Origin: an uncultured Eubacteriales bacterium
Lineage (GTDB): Bacteria; Acidobacteriota; Aminicenantia; Aminicenantales; Aminicenantaceae
Reading direction: 5' to 3'
DNA: 40,721 bases
Assembly: GCA_964526905.1 (NCBI GenBank)
Contig: CAZGMN010000003.1
Span: 1 to 40,721 of the forward strand
Shown here: piece by piece, positions 28,392-39,013 of the stretch
How positions within the stretch are numbered: the stretch's first letter is position 1
Layout: every line of letters begins with the position of its first letter
The notes under the pieces: model-generated
The model's database searches: none
Seen by the model: the letters and a program-made list of their open reading frames with translations, nothing else
What the model was told of the DNA's origin: nothing
Translations under genes and position numbers: made by a program

Positions 28392-28872
28392 GAGATTAAT
28401 TATTGATTTCAGGGAGGATGAGCTGGGCGCAGAAAAGCTGTCGGCCATCGAGGAGCATGTCGAGCGTTGTGCCGAATGTGCAAGCCTTCGAAACGATTTG
28501 AGAAAGATCCGGGGCTATCTCAGGAGAATGCCCCGGCCTGTCCTTTCTGCAGAGCTGGCGAAAAAAACCCAGTCGATGTGTCAGGTTGCGTTAGGTCAGA
28601 TGCCTTTGCTCGGGGCTAGGAAGAACGCTCAGAATCATCTGAGGGCCATACCCAAGTTTATTTGGGCAGCACTCTTTTCTCTCATTGTTTTGACAGCAAT
28701 TTTAATTTTGGTGTTGTTGAAGGATTTCGATTTGAAACTGCCGCTTTCTCTCCAGACAGCTGTTATTCTGGCTCTAATGATTCAGAACGCAGGAATGCTC
28801 TTCTTTGCGCCGATTTTGATAAGAAAATTTAGTTCCGGAGATAAGAGCTTCAGGCTCGGTTCAACGGGCTAA
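28372..28872 (+). CDS. Zinc-binding anti-sigma factor (zf-HC2/ZAS) with two TM helices
   Basis: MKC...HVERCAEC (HxxxCxxC). Overlaps the sigma gene. Confidence 0.9.
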   Translation: MKCKDIERLIIDFREDELGAEKLSAIEEHVERCAECASLRNDLRKIRGYLRRMPRPVLSAELAKKTQSMCQVALGQMPLLGARKNAQNHLRAIPKFIWAALFSLIVLTAILILVLLKDFDLKLPLSLQTAVILALMIQNAGMLFFAPILIRKFSSGDKSFRLGSTG

Positions 28873-28942
28873 AAAATGCGTTGCTTTATACATTTGATTT
28901 CATGCCTTTCGGTTATCCCAGGCATGGAAAAGGAGGCTTAAA

Positions 28943-29485
28943 ATGGCAACTTCAACAGGAAAGACAATCGGGCTTATCCTTTTGGCGATAATCGTCCTCT
29001 ACTTGGTTTTTGCCGTGACGCCCTTGGTTTTTGCCCCCTTTGCTATTTTTCCCGGTGTTTTCCACATCTTCCGTATTCCAAGCTCGGGCTTTCTCTGGAG
29101 TGAACACGGACCATTTGCTTTTTTCAGGTTTGTATCGGTCTCTTTCATGTCCTTGGTGCTCTTGGCTCTCTGGATTATGGTGATTGCTTGGGTTTATCGT
29201 GATGCAGAGAGGAGAGGCATGAACGGAGTCTTGTGGGCCTTGCTGGTGCTGATTGGCAATTTGATAGGGTTGTTGATTTATCTTATCATCCGCTCCGAGC
29301 GTCTGCCGGCAAAAAAGGCCGTTCAAACAACTACCTGCCCGAGCTGTCAAAAGACCGTGGAAGCGACTTTTATTTTTTGCCCCAACTGCGGAGCGCGTCT
29401 GCAGGCTGTCTGCCCTAGCTGCAACAAGCCAGTCGATACAAGTTGGAAAGTGTGTCCAAACTGCGGCGAAAGGCTGAGCAAGTAA
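28943..29485 (+). CDS. Membrane protein with PLDc_N-like hairpin and double zinc ribbon
   Basis: WVYRDAERRGM...W.LLVL..NLIGLLIYL, then four CxxC (CPSC, CPNC, CPSC, CPNC). Confidence 0.85.
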   Translation: MATSTGKTIGLILLAIIVLYLVFAVTPLVFAPFAIFPGVFHIFRIPSSGFLWSEHGPFAFFRFVSVSFMSLVLLALWIMVIAWVYRDAERRGMNGVLWALLVLIGNLIGLLIYLIIRSERLPAKKAVQTTTCPSCQKTVEATFIFCPNCGARLQAVCPSCNKPVDTSWKVCPNCGERLSK

Positions 29486-29528
29486 GGTGAAGGTTCAATT
29501 CTTCTGAATTTGAAAGAAGAAAAGGGTG

Positions 29529-29843
29529 ATGTTTTTCTTTATCGGAGGGATTCAGCCAAAAACTAAAATAGTGGATGAGCAGGCAAGACTCTGTCCAGTC
29601 TGTCGCCAGATAAAGGTCTACCGCAAAAGGATTGACCATTATTTGAACCTCTTTTTCATTCCTCTCTTTCCTGTCAAAAAAGGGATTCCATTTTTAATTT
29701 GTGAAAACTGTCATAACGTTGTTGATGAAAGAGGCGGAGGGATGGAGACCGGGCTAGGGACCCACAAAAGGAGATGTCCTCGCTGCCAAAGAACCGTTGA
29801 CCCTGATTTCAGCTTCTGTCCCTATTGCGGACAGAGCCTCTAA
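29529..29843 (+). CDS. Zinc-ribbon domain protein (zinc_ribbon_15-like plus C-terminal ribbon)
   Basis: MFFFIGG, CPVC, LFFIPLFP, CENC, CPRC, CPYCG. Confidence 0.85.
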   Translation: MFFFIGGIQPKTKIVDEQARLCPVCRQIKVYRKRIDHYLNLFFIPLFPVKKGIPFLICENCHNVVDERGGGMETGLGTHKRRCPRCQRTVDPDFSFCPYCGQSL

Positions 29844-29982
29844 AAGAAGAGCAGAATAGAACAAATAGAATTCCCTTCGATTGTCTCCTCAAAAACTATG
29901 GCGCTTTTAAAAAAATTTTCTGTTCAAAAGAAAGGATATCCAGCCCAGGGTTGAGCAAAAGGGAAAAGAAAATTTTTTAATT

Positions 29983-30011
29983 TTGACAGATAATTTGACC
30001 TGTGTTATAAA
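29983..30011 (+). promoter_or_regulatory. Putative sigma70 promoter
   Basis: TTGACA-17 nt-TATAAA upstream of 30073. Confidence 0.5.
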
Positions 30012-30072
30012 CTTTTTAAGATAAGTTAAAAGATAAATAGAAAAGCGAAGAATAAAAATAAACGATCGAACA

Positions 30073-31335
30073 ATGAATAAGATGCAGGAAAACAGCTTGA
30101 AAATGTTTTTATTTTTCTCTGAGCTTCTGGGCCGCTCTGTCGTCAATTCAGAAGGGGAAACGCTGGGAAAAGTGGCTGACATGAAGGTTAGGCTGGGAGA
30201 GCTGTTTCCCAAAGTGGCCAGCTTGTGCCTCCGGAAGAAGAGGCAGCATATTCCGCTTGAATTGGACTGGGTTGAGGTTGAGGAATTGACCGGCCATTTG
30301 ATTCAATTGAAGCCTGAAGCCGAGGAAAAGATAAAGCCTTTAGTGGTGAATGAAAGCGAAATTCTTCTTCGAGAAGAGCTGTTCGATAAACAGGTCGTGG
30401 ACACATTCGGGGCGAAGATAGAGAGGGTGAATGATATCCATCTTCTGGTCGCAGATGGAGATCTACGGCTTGTCCATGTGGATATCGGGATAAGAGGGGT
30501 CTTCAGGCGCTTGGGCTGGATAAAAGTCATAGATTCGTTAACCGATTTCTTATTTTCTTACCACGTTCCAGAGAAGATGATCTCCTGGAAATATGTCCAG
30601 CCTCTGGCCAGCGACCCGCATAAAAAAGATTTGAAGCTCAACGTGAATTTGAGAAAACTCCACGAGCTTCATCCCTCCGATTTGGCGGATATTCTCGAAG
30701 AGCTCGACCAAAAGAACAGGTCAAGAATTTTCAGGTCTTTGGATTTATCGACTGCAGCCGAAACGCTGCAAGAGGTCGAGCCAAAATTTCAGCGCTCTTT
30801 GGTCTTATCGGCTTCTGAAGAGCTTGTCTCAGACATTTTAGAAGAGATGGAGCCCGATGAGGCCACAGACCTTCTGGCTGGCCTTCCGCAGGAGAAAAAA
30901 ACAAAGCTCATCCAGACGATGGAGAAGCCCTCCAGAGAGAAATTGGAGGAGCTGTTGAAGTTCGAAGAAGGCACGGCAGGAAGCATCATGACCAAAGATT
31001 ACATCTTCATTCAAGGAAATAAGACCATCGCTGACGCTTCAGAAGCGTTCAAGAACACAACCCATCCTTTAGATACAATCTCTTATCTCTATGTGACGGA
31101 TGAAGAGAATCATCTCGTCGGCGTTCTGACCTTAAGACATTTGGTTTTGTGTGAGAAAAGTACTCCCCTGTCCAAGCTGATGAATACCAATTTGATAAAA
31201 GTCAAGACAGAGGATGATGTCAGAGATGTCAGAGAAATATTCAAGAAATATAAATTGTTGGCTTTGCCTGTCACCGACGACGACAATCGTTTAAAAGGAA
31301 TCATCACTCTCCGGGACATCGTCGAAGCGACTTGA
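30073..31335 (+). CDS. PRC-barrel/MgtE N-terminal/CBS-pair protein without a transmembrane domain
   Basis: LHPSDLADILE, MEPDEATDLL, TAGSIMT, two CBS domains. Stops right after GIITLRDIVE. Confidence 0.9.
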   Translation: MNKMQENSLKMFLFFSELLGRSVVNSEGETLGKVADMKVRLGELFPKVASLCLRKKRQHIPLELDWVEVEELTGHLIQLKPEAEEKIKPLVVNESEILLREELFDKQVVDTFGAKIERVNDIHLLVADGDLRLVHVDIGIRGVFRRLGWIKVIDSLTDFLFSYHVPEKMISWKYVQPLASDPHKKDLKLNVNLRKLHELHPSDLADILEELDQKNRSRIFRSLDLSTAAETLQEVEPKFQRSLVLSASEELVSDILEEMEPDEATDLLAGLPQEKKTKLIQTMEKPSREKLEELLKFEEGTAGSIMTKDYIFIQGNKTIADASEAFKNTTHPLDTISYLYVTDEENHLVGVLTLRHLVLCEKSTPLSKLMNTNLIKVKTEDDVRDVREIFKKYKLLALPVTDDDNRLKGIITLRDIVEAT

Positions 31336-31375
31336 AGGATTTTTGATTCTCATCCATATATTTTGAGGAATTGTT

Positions 31376-32629
31376 TTGAAGATTTTCGATAAGAGCCACC
31401 TCAGACTGCGCTGGAAGAGGCTTTTAATCTTCCTTTCTATAGCCGGCCCAGGCATCATCACCTCCAATGTGGATAATGATGCAGGCGGCATTGCGACTTA
31501 TTCCATGGCAGGAGCGCATTTCGGCTATGGGCTTCTCTGGTCTTTGATTCCGATTATGGTCGCTCTGGTCATCATTCAAGAGATGAGCGCCAGGATGGGA
31601 GTGGTGACCGGCAAAGGGCTATCCGATCTTATCCGAGAAAAATTTGGAGTCAGGATAACTGTTTACCTGCTGGCGGCTCTGATTGTCACCAACTTTGGAA
31701 ATGTGATTGCAGAATTTGCTGGAATTGCCTCAAGTCTGGAAATCTTCAAAATCTCCAAGTCTATTTCTGTCCCTGTTTGCGCCTTTCTTGTTTGGCTGCT
31801 CGTGGTGAAAGGGACTTACAGGTCGGTGGAAAAAGTCTTCCTTGTCGCCTGTCTGTTCTATGTCTGTTACATCATTTCCGGATTTTTAGCCGGTCCAGAA
31901 TGGGGTCTTGTCTTCAAAGCCTTTGCCAAACCTGCTGTGAGCTTTTCGCCCGGCAACCTGGCCATGCTCATCGGCCTGGTGGGGACAACAATAGCTCCCT
32001 GGATGCAGTTTTACCTCCAGGCTTCAGTCGTGGAGAAAAATATCAATGTCAGAGACTACAAACATTCTCGGATGGATGTCATCTTGGGAAGTATCGTGGT
32101 AACCGTGGTGGCTGTATTTATCATTTTGACCTGCGCCGACACTCTCTTCAAGGCCGGAATCAAGATAGAGACGGCAAAAGATGCTGCCTTGGCTTTGAAG
32201 CCTCTGGCGGGAAAATACTGCTCTGCTCTCTTTGCCTTTGGACTTTTGAACGCCTCTCTCTTCGCCGCTTCAATTTTGCCTCTCTCCACGGCTTTTGTCG
32301 TCTGCGAAGGAATGGGTTGGGAAGTGGGTGTCAATAAGAAATTCTCCGAGGCTCCTCAGTTCTATGGACTTTACACTCTCCTGATTTTCTTCGGTGCATT
32401 GGTCATCCTTCTTCCTGGAATCCCCCTCTTCCCGATTATGTACATATCTCAGGTTATAAACGGAGCCGTCTTGCCTCTCATCCTGGTCTTCATGCTTATT
32501 TTGATCAACGATAAAAAGCTGATGGGAAATTACGCCAACAAGCGCACTTACAACATCATTTCCTGGATAACGGTTATTATCCTTGTCGCGATGGGAATAG
32601 CCTTCTTGGTTTCATTATTCAAGATATAA
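31376..32629 (+). CDS. NRAMP-family divalent metal transporter (NRMT-like)
   Basis: GPGII....DNDAGGIATYS, QEMSARMG, GTTIAPWM (in place of DPGN and GA..MPH). Confidence 0.92.
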   Translation: MKIFDKSHLRLRWKRLLIFLSIAGPGIITSNVDNDAGGIATYSMAGAHFGYGLLWSLIPIMVALVIIQEMSARMGVVTGKGLSDLIREKFGVRITVYLLAALIVTNFGNVIAEFAGIASSLEIFKISKSISVPVCAFLVWLLVVKGTYRSVEKVFLVACLFYVCYIISGFLAGPEWGLVFKAFAKPAVSFSPGNLAMLIGLVGTTIAPWMQFYLQASVVEKNINVRDYKHSRMDVILGSIVVTVVAVFIILTCADTLFKAGIKIETAKDAALALKPLAGKYCSALFAFGLLNASLFAASILPLSTAFVVCEGMGWEVGVNKKFSEAPQFYGLYTLLIFFGALVILLPGIPLFPIMYISQVINGAVLPLILVFMLILINDKKLMGNYANKRTYNIISWITVIILVAMGIAFLVSLFKI

Positions 32630-32643
32630 CCTTTCAAATTCGA

Positions 32644-32892
32644 TGATATGGGTGAGGATTTGGAGTTCGGAGCACGCTGATTTTCCCCAGTGATTGCAAA
32701 TACCGGACGCGAAGGCCAGCGGGTGAAAAAACCGTTTGAAGGCTGAGCGGGCACGGCTCCTCTCCGAAGGAGAGGAGAGCGAAGCCTGAAACCGAGCAAC
32801 TTTTGCCTCGCTGGGGCAAAAGTTGCGTGTTTTTGAATCCGCTGGCCTGAGCTCTATAGGGGACTCCTCACTCCCAAATCCTCACCCTATCA
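32644..32892. mobile_element. MITE-like element with terminal inverted repeats
   Basis: Perfect 14-bp IR GGGTGAGGATTTGG(32650-63)/CCAAATCCTCACCC(32874-87). Internal stems AGGCCAGCGG/CCGCTGGCCT, CTCCTCTCC/GGAGAGGAG, GCAACTTTTGCC/GGCAAAAGTTGC. Confidence 0.7.
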
Positions 32893-32898
32893 GTTATA

Positions 32899-32928
32899 TT
32901 GACATTACAGACTCATAACGTTTATAAA
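32899..32928 (+). promoter_or_regulatory. Putative sigma70 promoter of the hslVU operon
   Basis: TTGACA-18 nt-TATAAA. Confidence 0.45.
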
Positions 32929-32985
32929 TTGAAAATATTCTGCATTTTAATTATCATATGTTAATAAGGATAGAGAGAAAATCCC

Positions 32986-33513
32986 ATGATTCACTCAACA
33001 ACCATCATTTGTGTTCGCCACAAGGGGAAAATTGCCATGGCTGGAGACGGCCAGGTTTCCCTGGGTGAGACAATTATCAAGCGGAATGCCAATAAAATAA
33101 GAACCCTTTACAAAGGAAATGTGATAGCCGGTTTTGCCGGAGCGACTTCAGATGCTTTTGCCCTTTTCTCCAGGTTCGAAGCCAAGCTTGAGGAATTTCG
33201 CGGCAATCTTCCCCGGGCCGCGATCGAATTGGCCAAGGACTGGCGCCTGGATAAAGCGCTGCGCCGGCTGGAGGCTTTCCTGATCGTGGCCGACAAGGAG
33301 CATGAATTTTTAATATCAGGAACAGGCGATGTCGTCGAGCCGGATGATGGAATCATCGCCATCGGCTCGGGCGGCCAATATGCACTGGCTGCGGCTCGAG
33401 CTTTAATTAAGTTCACCGAGCTCTCGGCAAAAGAAATTGCTGCCGAAGCTTTAAAGATTAGCTCCAGTATCTGCGTCTTCACCAATGACCAGATTACAAT
33501 CGAGGAACTTTGA
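32986..33513 (+). CDS. hslV: ATP-dependent protease subunit HslV
   Basis: STTII, AGDGQV, AGFAG, LAKDWR.DK.LRRLEA, IGSGG. Confidence 0.98.
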   Translation: MIHSTTIICVRHKGKIAMAGDGQVSLGETIIKRNANKIRTLYKGNVIAGFAGATSDAFALFSRFEAKLEEFRGNLPRAAIELAKDWRLDKALRRLEAFLIVADKEHEFLISGTGDVVEPDDGIIAIGSGGQYALAAARALIKFTELSAKEIAAEALKISSSICVFTNDQITIEEL

Positions 33514-34904
33514 TGCCTATCGTCCTCCCCCAGAGTTTAGAAAGCCAGATTGAAAAACTTGCGGAGACAGAGCTGACTCCCCAGGAGATTGTCTCCGAGC
33601 TGGACAAGTACATCATCGGCCAGCAGGCTGCCAAAAGAGCCGTGGCCATAGCCCTGCGCAACAGGTATCGAAGGAGGAAGCTTCCTCCCGAGCTTGCCGA
33701 CGAAATCGCCCCCAAGAACATTCTGATGATCGGTCCTACGGGTGTAGGCAAGACCGAGATTTCGCGCAGGCTGGCCAAGCTCACTTCCTCTCCCTTCCTT
33801 AAGATCGAGGCCAGCAAGTTCACAGAAGTCGGATATGTCGGGCGCGACGTAGAATCGATGATCAGGGATTTGGTCCGGATTTCTGTGGATATGGTCAAGG
33901 GGGAAAAGATCGAGGAGATCAGGGAGAAAGCCGAGAGGAATGTTGAAGAGAAGATTCTGGACATACTCCTTCCGCCGGTAAAAAGAAGGATGAATTCCCT
34001 TGAGCAGGAAGACTTTGACAAATTTCAAGAGACGAGAGAAAAATTCAGGAAGCAGCTCAGAGAGGGATACTTGGAAGAGAGATTGATAGAGATCGAGCTC
34101 AAGGAGAGAATGTCCCCTCCTTTCGAAATTTTTTCCAACAGCGGGATGGAGGAAATTGGGATTCAGATTCAGGAAATTATCCCAGGTTTTTTAGGCGGGA
34201 AATCCAAGAGGCGAAAGGTCAAGGTAAAAGAAGCCAGGGAATATCTGCTGGAGGATGAAGAGAGAAGATTGATCGATATGGAGCAGGTTGCCCGGCTGGC
34301 CATAGAGAGGGTTGAACAGTCTGGAATCATCTTCCTCGATGAGGTTGACAAGATTGCCGGACGTGAATCAGGTCACGGCCCAGAGGTCAGCCGCGAAGGA
34401 GTCCAGAGGGATTTGCTGCCGATCATCGAAGGGACGACCGTCAACACCCGCTATGGGCTGGTGCGGACCGACCATGTCCTCTTCATCGGCGCCGGCGCTT
34501 TTCATGTCTCCAAGCCATCCGACCTGATCCCGGAGCTTCAAGGAAGATTTCCGATCAGAGTTGAGCTGACGTCCCTGAACAAGGATGATTTCATCAGGAT
34601 TTTGACCGAGCCTGAGAACGCTTTGATCAAGCAGTATAAAGCTCTTCTGGAAACAGAGGGCGTCCAGGTGGATGTCACCCAGGATGCTGTGCAAGAGATT
34701 GCTGAGATTGCAGAAAAAGTCAACGAGGATGCAGAGAATATCGGTGCCCGCAGGCTTCATACAGTCATGGAGAAAGTCATGGAAGAGATTTCATTTGAGG
34801 CCCCGAACATAAAAAAGAAGAAGATACTCGTTGATAAAAAATATGTCCAGAATCAGCTCAAAGATATTATCGAAGACCAGGACCTGAGCCGTTTCATTCT
34901 TTGA
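33513..34904 (+). CDS. hslU: ATP-dependent protease ATPase subunit HslU
   Basis: [51 protein letters not shown]. Confidence 0.98.
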   Translation: MPIVLPQSLESQIEKLAETELTPQEIVSELDKYIIGQQAAKRAVAIALRNRYRRRKLPPELADEIAPKNILMIGPTGVGKTEISRRLAKLTSSPFLKIEASKFTEVGYVGRDVESMIRDLVRISVDMVKGEKIEEIREKAERNVEEKILDILLPPVKRRMNSLEQEDFDKFQETREKFRKQLREGYLEERLIEIELKERMSPPFEIFSNSGMEEIGIQIQEIIPGFLGGKSKRRKVKVKEAREYLLEDEERRLIDMEQVARLAIERVEQSGIIFLDEVDKIAGRESGHGPEVSREGVQRDLLPIIEGTTVNTRYGLVRTDHVLFIGAGAFHVSKPSDLIPELQGRFPIRVELTSLNKDDFIRILTEPENALIKQYKALLETEGVQVDVTQDAVQEIAEIAEKVNEDAENIGARRLHTVMEKVMEEISFEAPNIKKKKILVDKKYVQNQLKDIIEDQDLSRFIL

Positions 34905-35986
34905 TGAAGAGGTTTTCTCTTTTATTCATCCTTTTGTTCCTCTTCCTTTTATCCTCTTTTTGCGGGAAAAAAGGCCCGCTCCTTCCTCCTCTGGCAAAGA
35001 TTCCGAATAAAGTCGAAGTCTTCGATGCCGTTCAGAGGGGAGGAAAAGTCCTCCTTGAATGGGAAAATCCTCAAACTTATATTGACGGAAGTCTTTTAAC
35101 CATTGACGCCGTTGAAGCCTGGCTTTATGAGACAGAGAAAGAATCTGCTGGAGAGAAAGAGTTTGAAGCTAAAGCCAGGCTTGTCGCTTCAATCGGAAAA
35201 GAAGATCTCCCTGAGCATCGAATAAGCAAAAGCGATGCTTTGAGCAGGCTTCGCTTCGGCTATGAATTGACCCAGAGAGATTTTGGCTCAAAAAATCTTG
35301 TCTTTGGGCTCAGAGTCGCAGATAAGAAAAAAAGAAAATCAGAGTTCTCAGAGCTTCATTCTTTAAGGCCGATCGTCCTTCCACTTCCGCCTCAGCGGGT
35401 ACAGGCAAGTGTTTTCCAAGATCGAATCGAGATAAAGTGGGAAGCGCCAAAGACAAACATAGACCAATCTTCGCCCGCTTATCTCAAGGGGTGCAATATC
35501 TATCGTGCCGATGGAGAAGGGTTTCCCCAGCGTCTGAATCCGGAGCTGGTGAAAGGAGAGAAATATGAAGACAAAAGTTTTGTCTTTGAGCGGCCTTACC
35601 GCTATTTTATAAGAGCCTCGGCAACCGAACTTCCGCCTTTTATTGAAAGCGACGATTCTGAGAGGGTCGAGGTTCTTCCCAGGGATATCTTTCCTCCTGC
35701 TTCACCTTCAGGGCTGGTTTCTGCGTCTGTGGAGAATTTAATCTCCTTGAGCTGGGACACAAACAAAGAAAAAGACTTGGCTGGATACCGGGTTTGGCGA
35801 AAGGCAGAAGGAGAAGCGGATTTTGTTTTATTGACTCCCGAGGTTATCCAAGAGAATGCTTATAGCGATACAAGAGTTGAAAAGGACAAGAGATATTATT
35901 ATGCTATTACCGCTCAGGACAAATCCGGGAATGAAAGCCAAAAATCAGAGGCTATCTCTGAGATTGCCAAGAAAGGGCTTCAATGA
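34904..35986 (+). CDS. Lipoprotein with fibronectin type III domains and N-terminal CGKKGPL motif
   Basis: Signal peptide plus Cys. W...P, GYRVWR, Y.D..V.....YYYAITA.D..GNES Fn3 patterns. Confidence 0.8.
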   Translation: MKRFSLLFILLFLFLLSSFCGKKGPLLPPLAKIPNKVEVFDAVQRGGKVLLEWENPQTYIDGSLLTIDAVEAWLYETEKESAGEKEFEAKARLVASIGKEDLPEHRISKSDALSRLRFGYELTQRDFGSKNLVFGLRVADKKKRKSEFSELHSLRPIVLPLPPQRVQASVFQDRIEIKWEAPKTNIDQSSPAYLKGCNIYRADGEGFPQRLNPELVKGEKYEDKSFVFERPYRYFIRASATELPPFIESDDSERVEVLPRDIFPPASPSGLVSASVENLISLSWDTNKEKDLAGYRVWRKAEGEADFVLLTPEVIQENAYSDTRVEKDKRYYYAITAQDKSGNESQKSEAISEIAKKGLQ

Positions 35987-36756
35987 AGATTTACCGCTAT
36001 AAATACAAAAATAAGATTGAGTGGGGAGTGTTGAGGGAAGAGACTCTTTTTCCGATAAAAAGCTCCCCCTTTAAGCAATTTAAAATCAAGGGAGAGGGTG
36101 TTTCTGTCAGCCGTGTCAGCTTGCTGGCCCCTGCCGAACCCACAAAAATTGTCGCTGTTGGAGCGAACTACAGGAACCACGCTCAAGAGATGGGGAGGCC
36201 GTTGCCGGAAGAGCCTCTCCTCTTTCTCAAGCCTCCCTCAGCGGTTATTGGGCCGAATGATATTATCGTTTATCCCAGAATGGCGAAGAGAGTTGACTAT
36301 GAGGGAGAGTTAGCCGTGGTGATAAAGAAAAAGGCTCAAAATCTCGGCGATAAGGAAAGAGTCGAGGACTACATCCTGGGCTACACCTGCTTGAATGATG
36401 TTACGGCCCGCGACCTCCAGCAGAAGGACGGTCAATTCACCCGCTCCAAGTCTTTCGATACTTTCGCGCCTGTCGGCCCCTGCATCGCTACCGATATCGA
36501 CCCTTCCCGGCTGCGGCTCAAGACTTTTCTCAACGGCAAGCTCAGACAGTCATCCAGCACAAAAAACCTGATTTTTCCGGTGTCATTTCTGGTGAGGTTC
36601 ATTTCCAGAATCATGACTCTCAACCCGGGGGACATCATCAGCACCGGGACACCGGCCGGGATAGGACCCATGTCTCCGGGCGACCGGGTTGATGTCCAGA
36701 TCGAAGGCATCGGGACTCTTTCCAACACTGTGATGAAAATCAAGGAGGAGGTATAA
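35983..36756 (+). CDS. Fumarylacetoacetate hydrolase family protein
   Basis: GANY..H..E, PLLFLKP, DYEGEL, NDVTARD, KSFDTF, ISTGTP.G. Confidence 0.95.
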   Translation: MKIYRYKYKNKIEWGVLREETLFPIKSSPFKQFKIKGEGVSVSRVSLLAPAEPTKIVAVGANYRNHAQEMGRPLPEEPLLFLKPPSAVIGPNDIIVYPRMAKRVDYEGELAVVIKKKAQNLGDKERVEDYILGYTCLNDVTARDLQQKDGQFTRSKSFDTFAPVGPCIATDIDPSRLRLKTFLNGKLRQSSSTKNLIFPVSFLVRFISRIMTLNPGDIISTGTPAGIGPMSPGDRVDVQIEGIGTLSNTVMKIKEEV

Positions 36757-37401
36757 ATGAAAATTTTCTTGGATACAGCAAACCTGGAACAGATTAAGGT
36801 GGCAGCGAGCTGGGGGATATTAGATGGAGTGACGACCAATCCCACCCTCGTTTCAAAAGAGAATTTAAAGTTTAAAGAGCTCATTAAAGAGATCTGCCGT
36901 ATCGTTCCCGGCCCGGTGAGCGTGGAGAGCGTTTCAAAAGTCTCCAAAGACATTATCAAGGAAGCGAGAACTCTTTCAAAAATTGCTGAGAACGTTGTGG
37001 TCAAAATACCGATCTGCATTGAGGGATTGAAAGCGACTAAAGTTTTGTCCAAGGAAGGAATCAAGGTCAATACAACTTTGGTTTTTTCTCCTAATCAGGC
37101 CCTTCTGGCTGCCAAAGCCGGGACAAAATATGTCAGCCCCTTCATCGGCCGGCTCGATGATATTTCTCAAGCAGGGATGGAGCTGGTGGAGGAGATCATG
37201 GCCATCTTCAACAACTATGGCTTTGAAACAGAGGTGATTGTGGCCAGTATCCGCCATCCCCTTCATGTTGTGGAGGCCGCTCTTATCGGAGCAGACATTG
37301 TCACCGTCCCCTTCGCGGTTCTGGAAAAGATGGTGAATCACCCCTTGACCGATATCGGGCTGGAAAAATTCCTGAAAGACTGGGGCAAAGTCAAGCTTTG
37401 A
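36757..37401 (+). CDS. tal: Transaldolase (small FSA/TalC type)
   Basis: [35 protein letters not shown] (Phe variant), HPLTD.GL..F..DW. Confidence 0.93.
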   Translation: MKIFLDTANLEQIKVAASWGILDGVTTNPTLVSKENLKFKELIKEICRIVPGPVSVESVSKVSKDIIKEARTLSKIAENVVVKIPICIEGLKATKVLSKEGIKVNTTLVFSPNQALLAAKAGTKYVSPFIGRLDDISQAGMELVEEIMAIFNNYGFETEVIVASIRHPLHVVEAALIGADIVTVPFAVLEKMVNHPLTDIGLEKFLKDWGKVKL

Positions 37402-37423
37402 CAGCCAGTCGGAAGAGAAAGAA

Positions 37424-38974
37424 ATGACAATCGAGAAAAAATTAGAGGAGCTAAAAAAAAAGTTAAAAGCCTCTGAAATGGGGGGAGGCGAAGAAAGGAT
37501 AAGCCGGCAACACCAGGCCGGGAAACTGACTGCCAGGGAGAGGATAAACCTCCTTCTCGACGAAGGCACATTCCAGGAAACGGATAAACTTGTCCTCCAT
37601 CAGAGCCATGATTTCGGAATGGAAAAGAAAAAGATATACGGAGACGGAGTCGTTGCCGGCTACGGCAAGGTCGACGGCCGGACAGTCTTCATCTTCGCCC
37701 AGGATTTCACCGTGTTCGGAGGCTCTCTCAGCGGGGCAAACGCGGCAAAGATTGTGAAAATCATGGACCTGGCCTTGAGACAGGGCGCTCCGATCATCGG
37801 GCTCAATGATTCTGGAGGCGCCCGCATTCAGGAAGGAGTGGCAAGCCTTGCCGGCTATGCCGATATTTTCTTGAGAAATGTCCTTGCCTCAGGAGTCATT
37901 CCCCAGATCTCAGCCATCATCGGCCCCTGTGCCGGAGGCGCGGTTTACTCTCCGGCTATCACTGATTTCGTCATCATGACCAAGGATACCAGCAATATGT
38001 TCATCACCGGGCCGGATGTGATCAAAGCCGTCACCCATGAAGACGTAACCATGGAAGAGCTCGGAGGAGCTGAGACGCACAACGCCACAAGCGGCGTCGC
38101 TCATTTTGCGGCAGAGAATGAGCAGCATACGGTTGCCCTGATTCGAGAGCTTCTTTCTTTCATTCCCGATAACAACATGGAGGACCCTCCCTATAAAGAG
38201 ACGACCGATCCCTTCGACAGGATAAGCGAGGAACTCAATTTTATGATTCCTGATGACCCGAATCAGCCTTATGATATGAGAAAGGTTATAAGAGAGGTCA
38301 TGGACGACCGCTACTTCTTCGAGGTCCAGGCTGAATACGCCAAGAATATCGTCATCGGCTTTGGCCGGCTTGGCGGAAAATCAGTGGCCATCGTCGCCAA
38401 CCAGCCGGATTTTCTTGCCGGCGCTCTGGACATCAACGGCTCTGATAAAGGAGCTCGATTTGTCCGCTTCTGTGATGCCTTCAACATCCCCTTGATCACT
38501 TTTGAGGATGTGCCCGGATTTTTGCCCGGCGTTGCCCAGGAGCACGGCGGTATCATCCGCCATGGAGCTAAGCTCCTCTATGCCTTTGCCGAAGCAACCG
38601 TGCCCAAGGTCACAGTTATCACCAGAAAAGCCTACGGAGGCGCCTACTGCGTCATGGCTTCGAAGCATATCCGGGCAGACGTCAACTATGCTTATCCCAC
38701 TGCCGAGATAGCTGTCATGGGTCCTGAGGGCGCGGTGAACATCGTCTACAAACGCGAGCTTGACGAAAAAGAAGACTCGGAAGAGCTGAGAAAGCTGAAG
38801 GTTGATGAATTCCGGGAGAAGTTTGCCAATCCCTATATTGCCTGCGAGAAAGGCTATCTCGACGAGATTATCGAGCCGAAATTCACCAGGCCAAAGCTTA
38901 TTGCCGCTTTGCAAATGCTCGAAAACAAAAGGGATAAGAATCCTCCCAAAAAGCACGGAAACATACCTTTATAA
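37424..38974 (+). CDS. pccB: Acyl-CoA (propionyl/methylmalonyl-CoA) carboxyltransferase beta subunit
   Basis: [56 protein letters not shown]. Confidence 0.95.
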   Translation: MTIEKKLEELKKKLKASEMGGGEERISRQHQAGKLTARERINLLLDEGTFQETDKLVLHQSHDFGMEKKKIYGDGVVAGYGKVDGRTVFIFAQDFTVFGGSLSGANAAKIVKIMDLALRQGAPIIGLNDSGGARIQEGVASLAGYADIFLRNVLASGVIPQISAIIGPCAGGAVYSPAITDFVIMTKDTSNMFITGPDVIKAVTHEDVTMEELGGAETHNATSGVAHFAAENEQHTVALIRELLSFIPDNNMEDPPYKETTDPFDRISEELNFMIPDDPNQPYDMRKVIREVMDDRYFFEVQAEYAKNIVIGFGRLGGKSVAIVANQPDFLAGALDINGSDKGARFVRFCDAFNIPLITFEDVPGFLPGVAQEHGGIIRHGAKLLYAFAEATVPKVTVITRKAYGGAYCVMASKHIRADVNYAYPTAEIAVMGPEGAVNIVYKRELDEKEDSEELRKLKVDEFREKFANPYIACEKGYLDEIIEPKFTRPKLIAALQMLENKRDKNPPKKHGNIPL

Positions 38975-39013
38975 TTAGATTTGCTAATACGAAGGCATTA
39001 GACGCTTTCGGCT

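Noticed and set aside
29844-30072. M-box or yybP-ykoY riboswitch upstream of the MgtE-like/NRAMP genes
   Set aside because: The region is AT-rich with no recognisable aptamer, and the putative promoter leaves only about 55 nt of leader.
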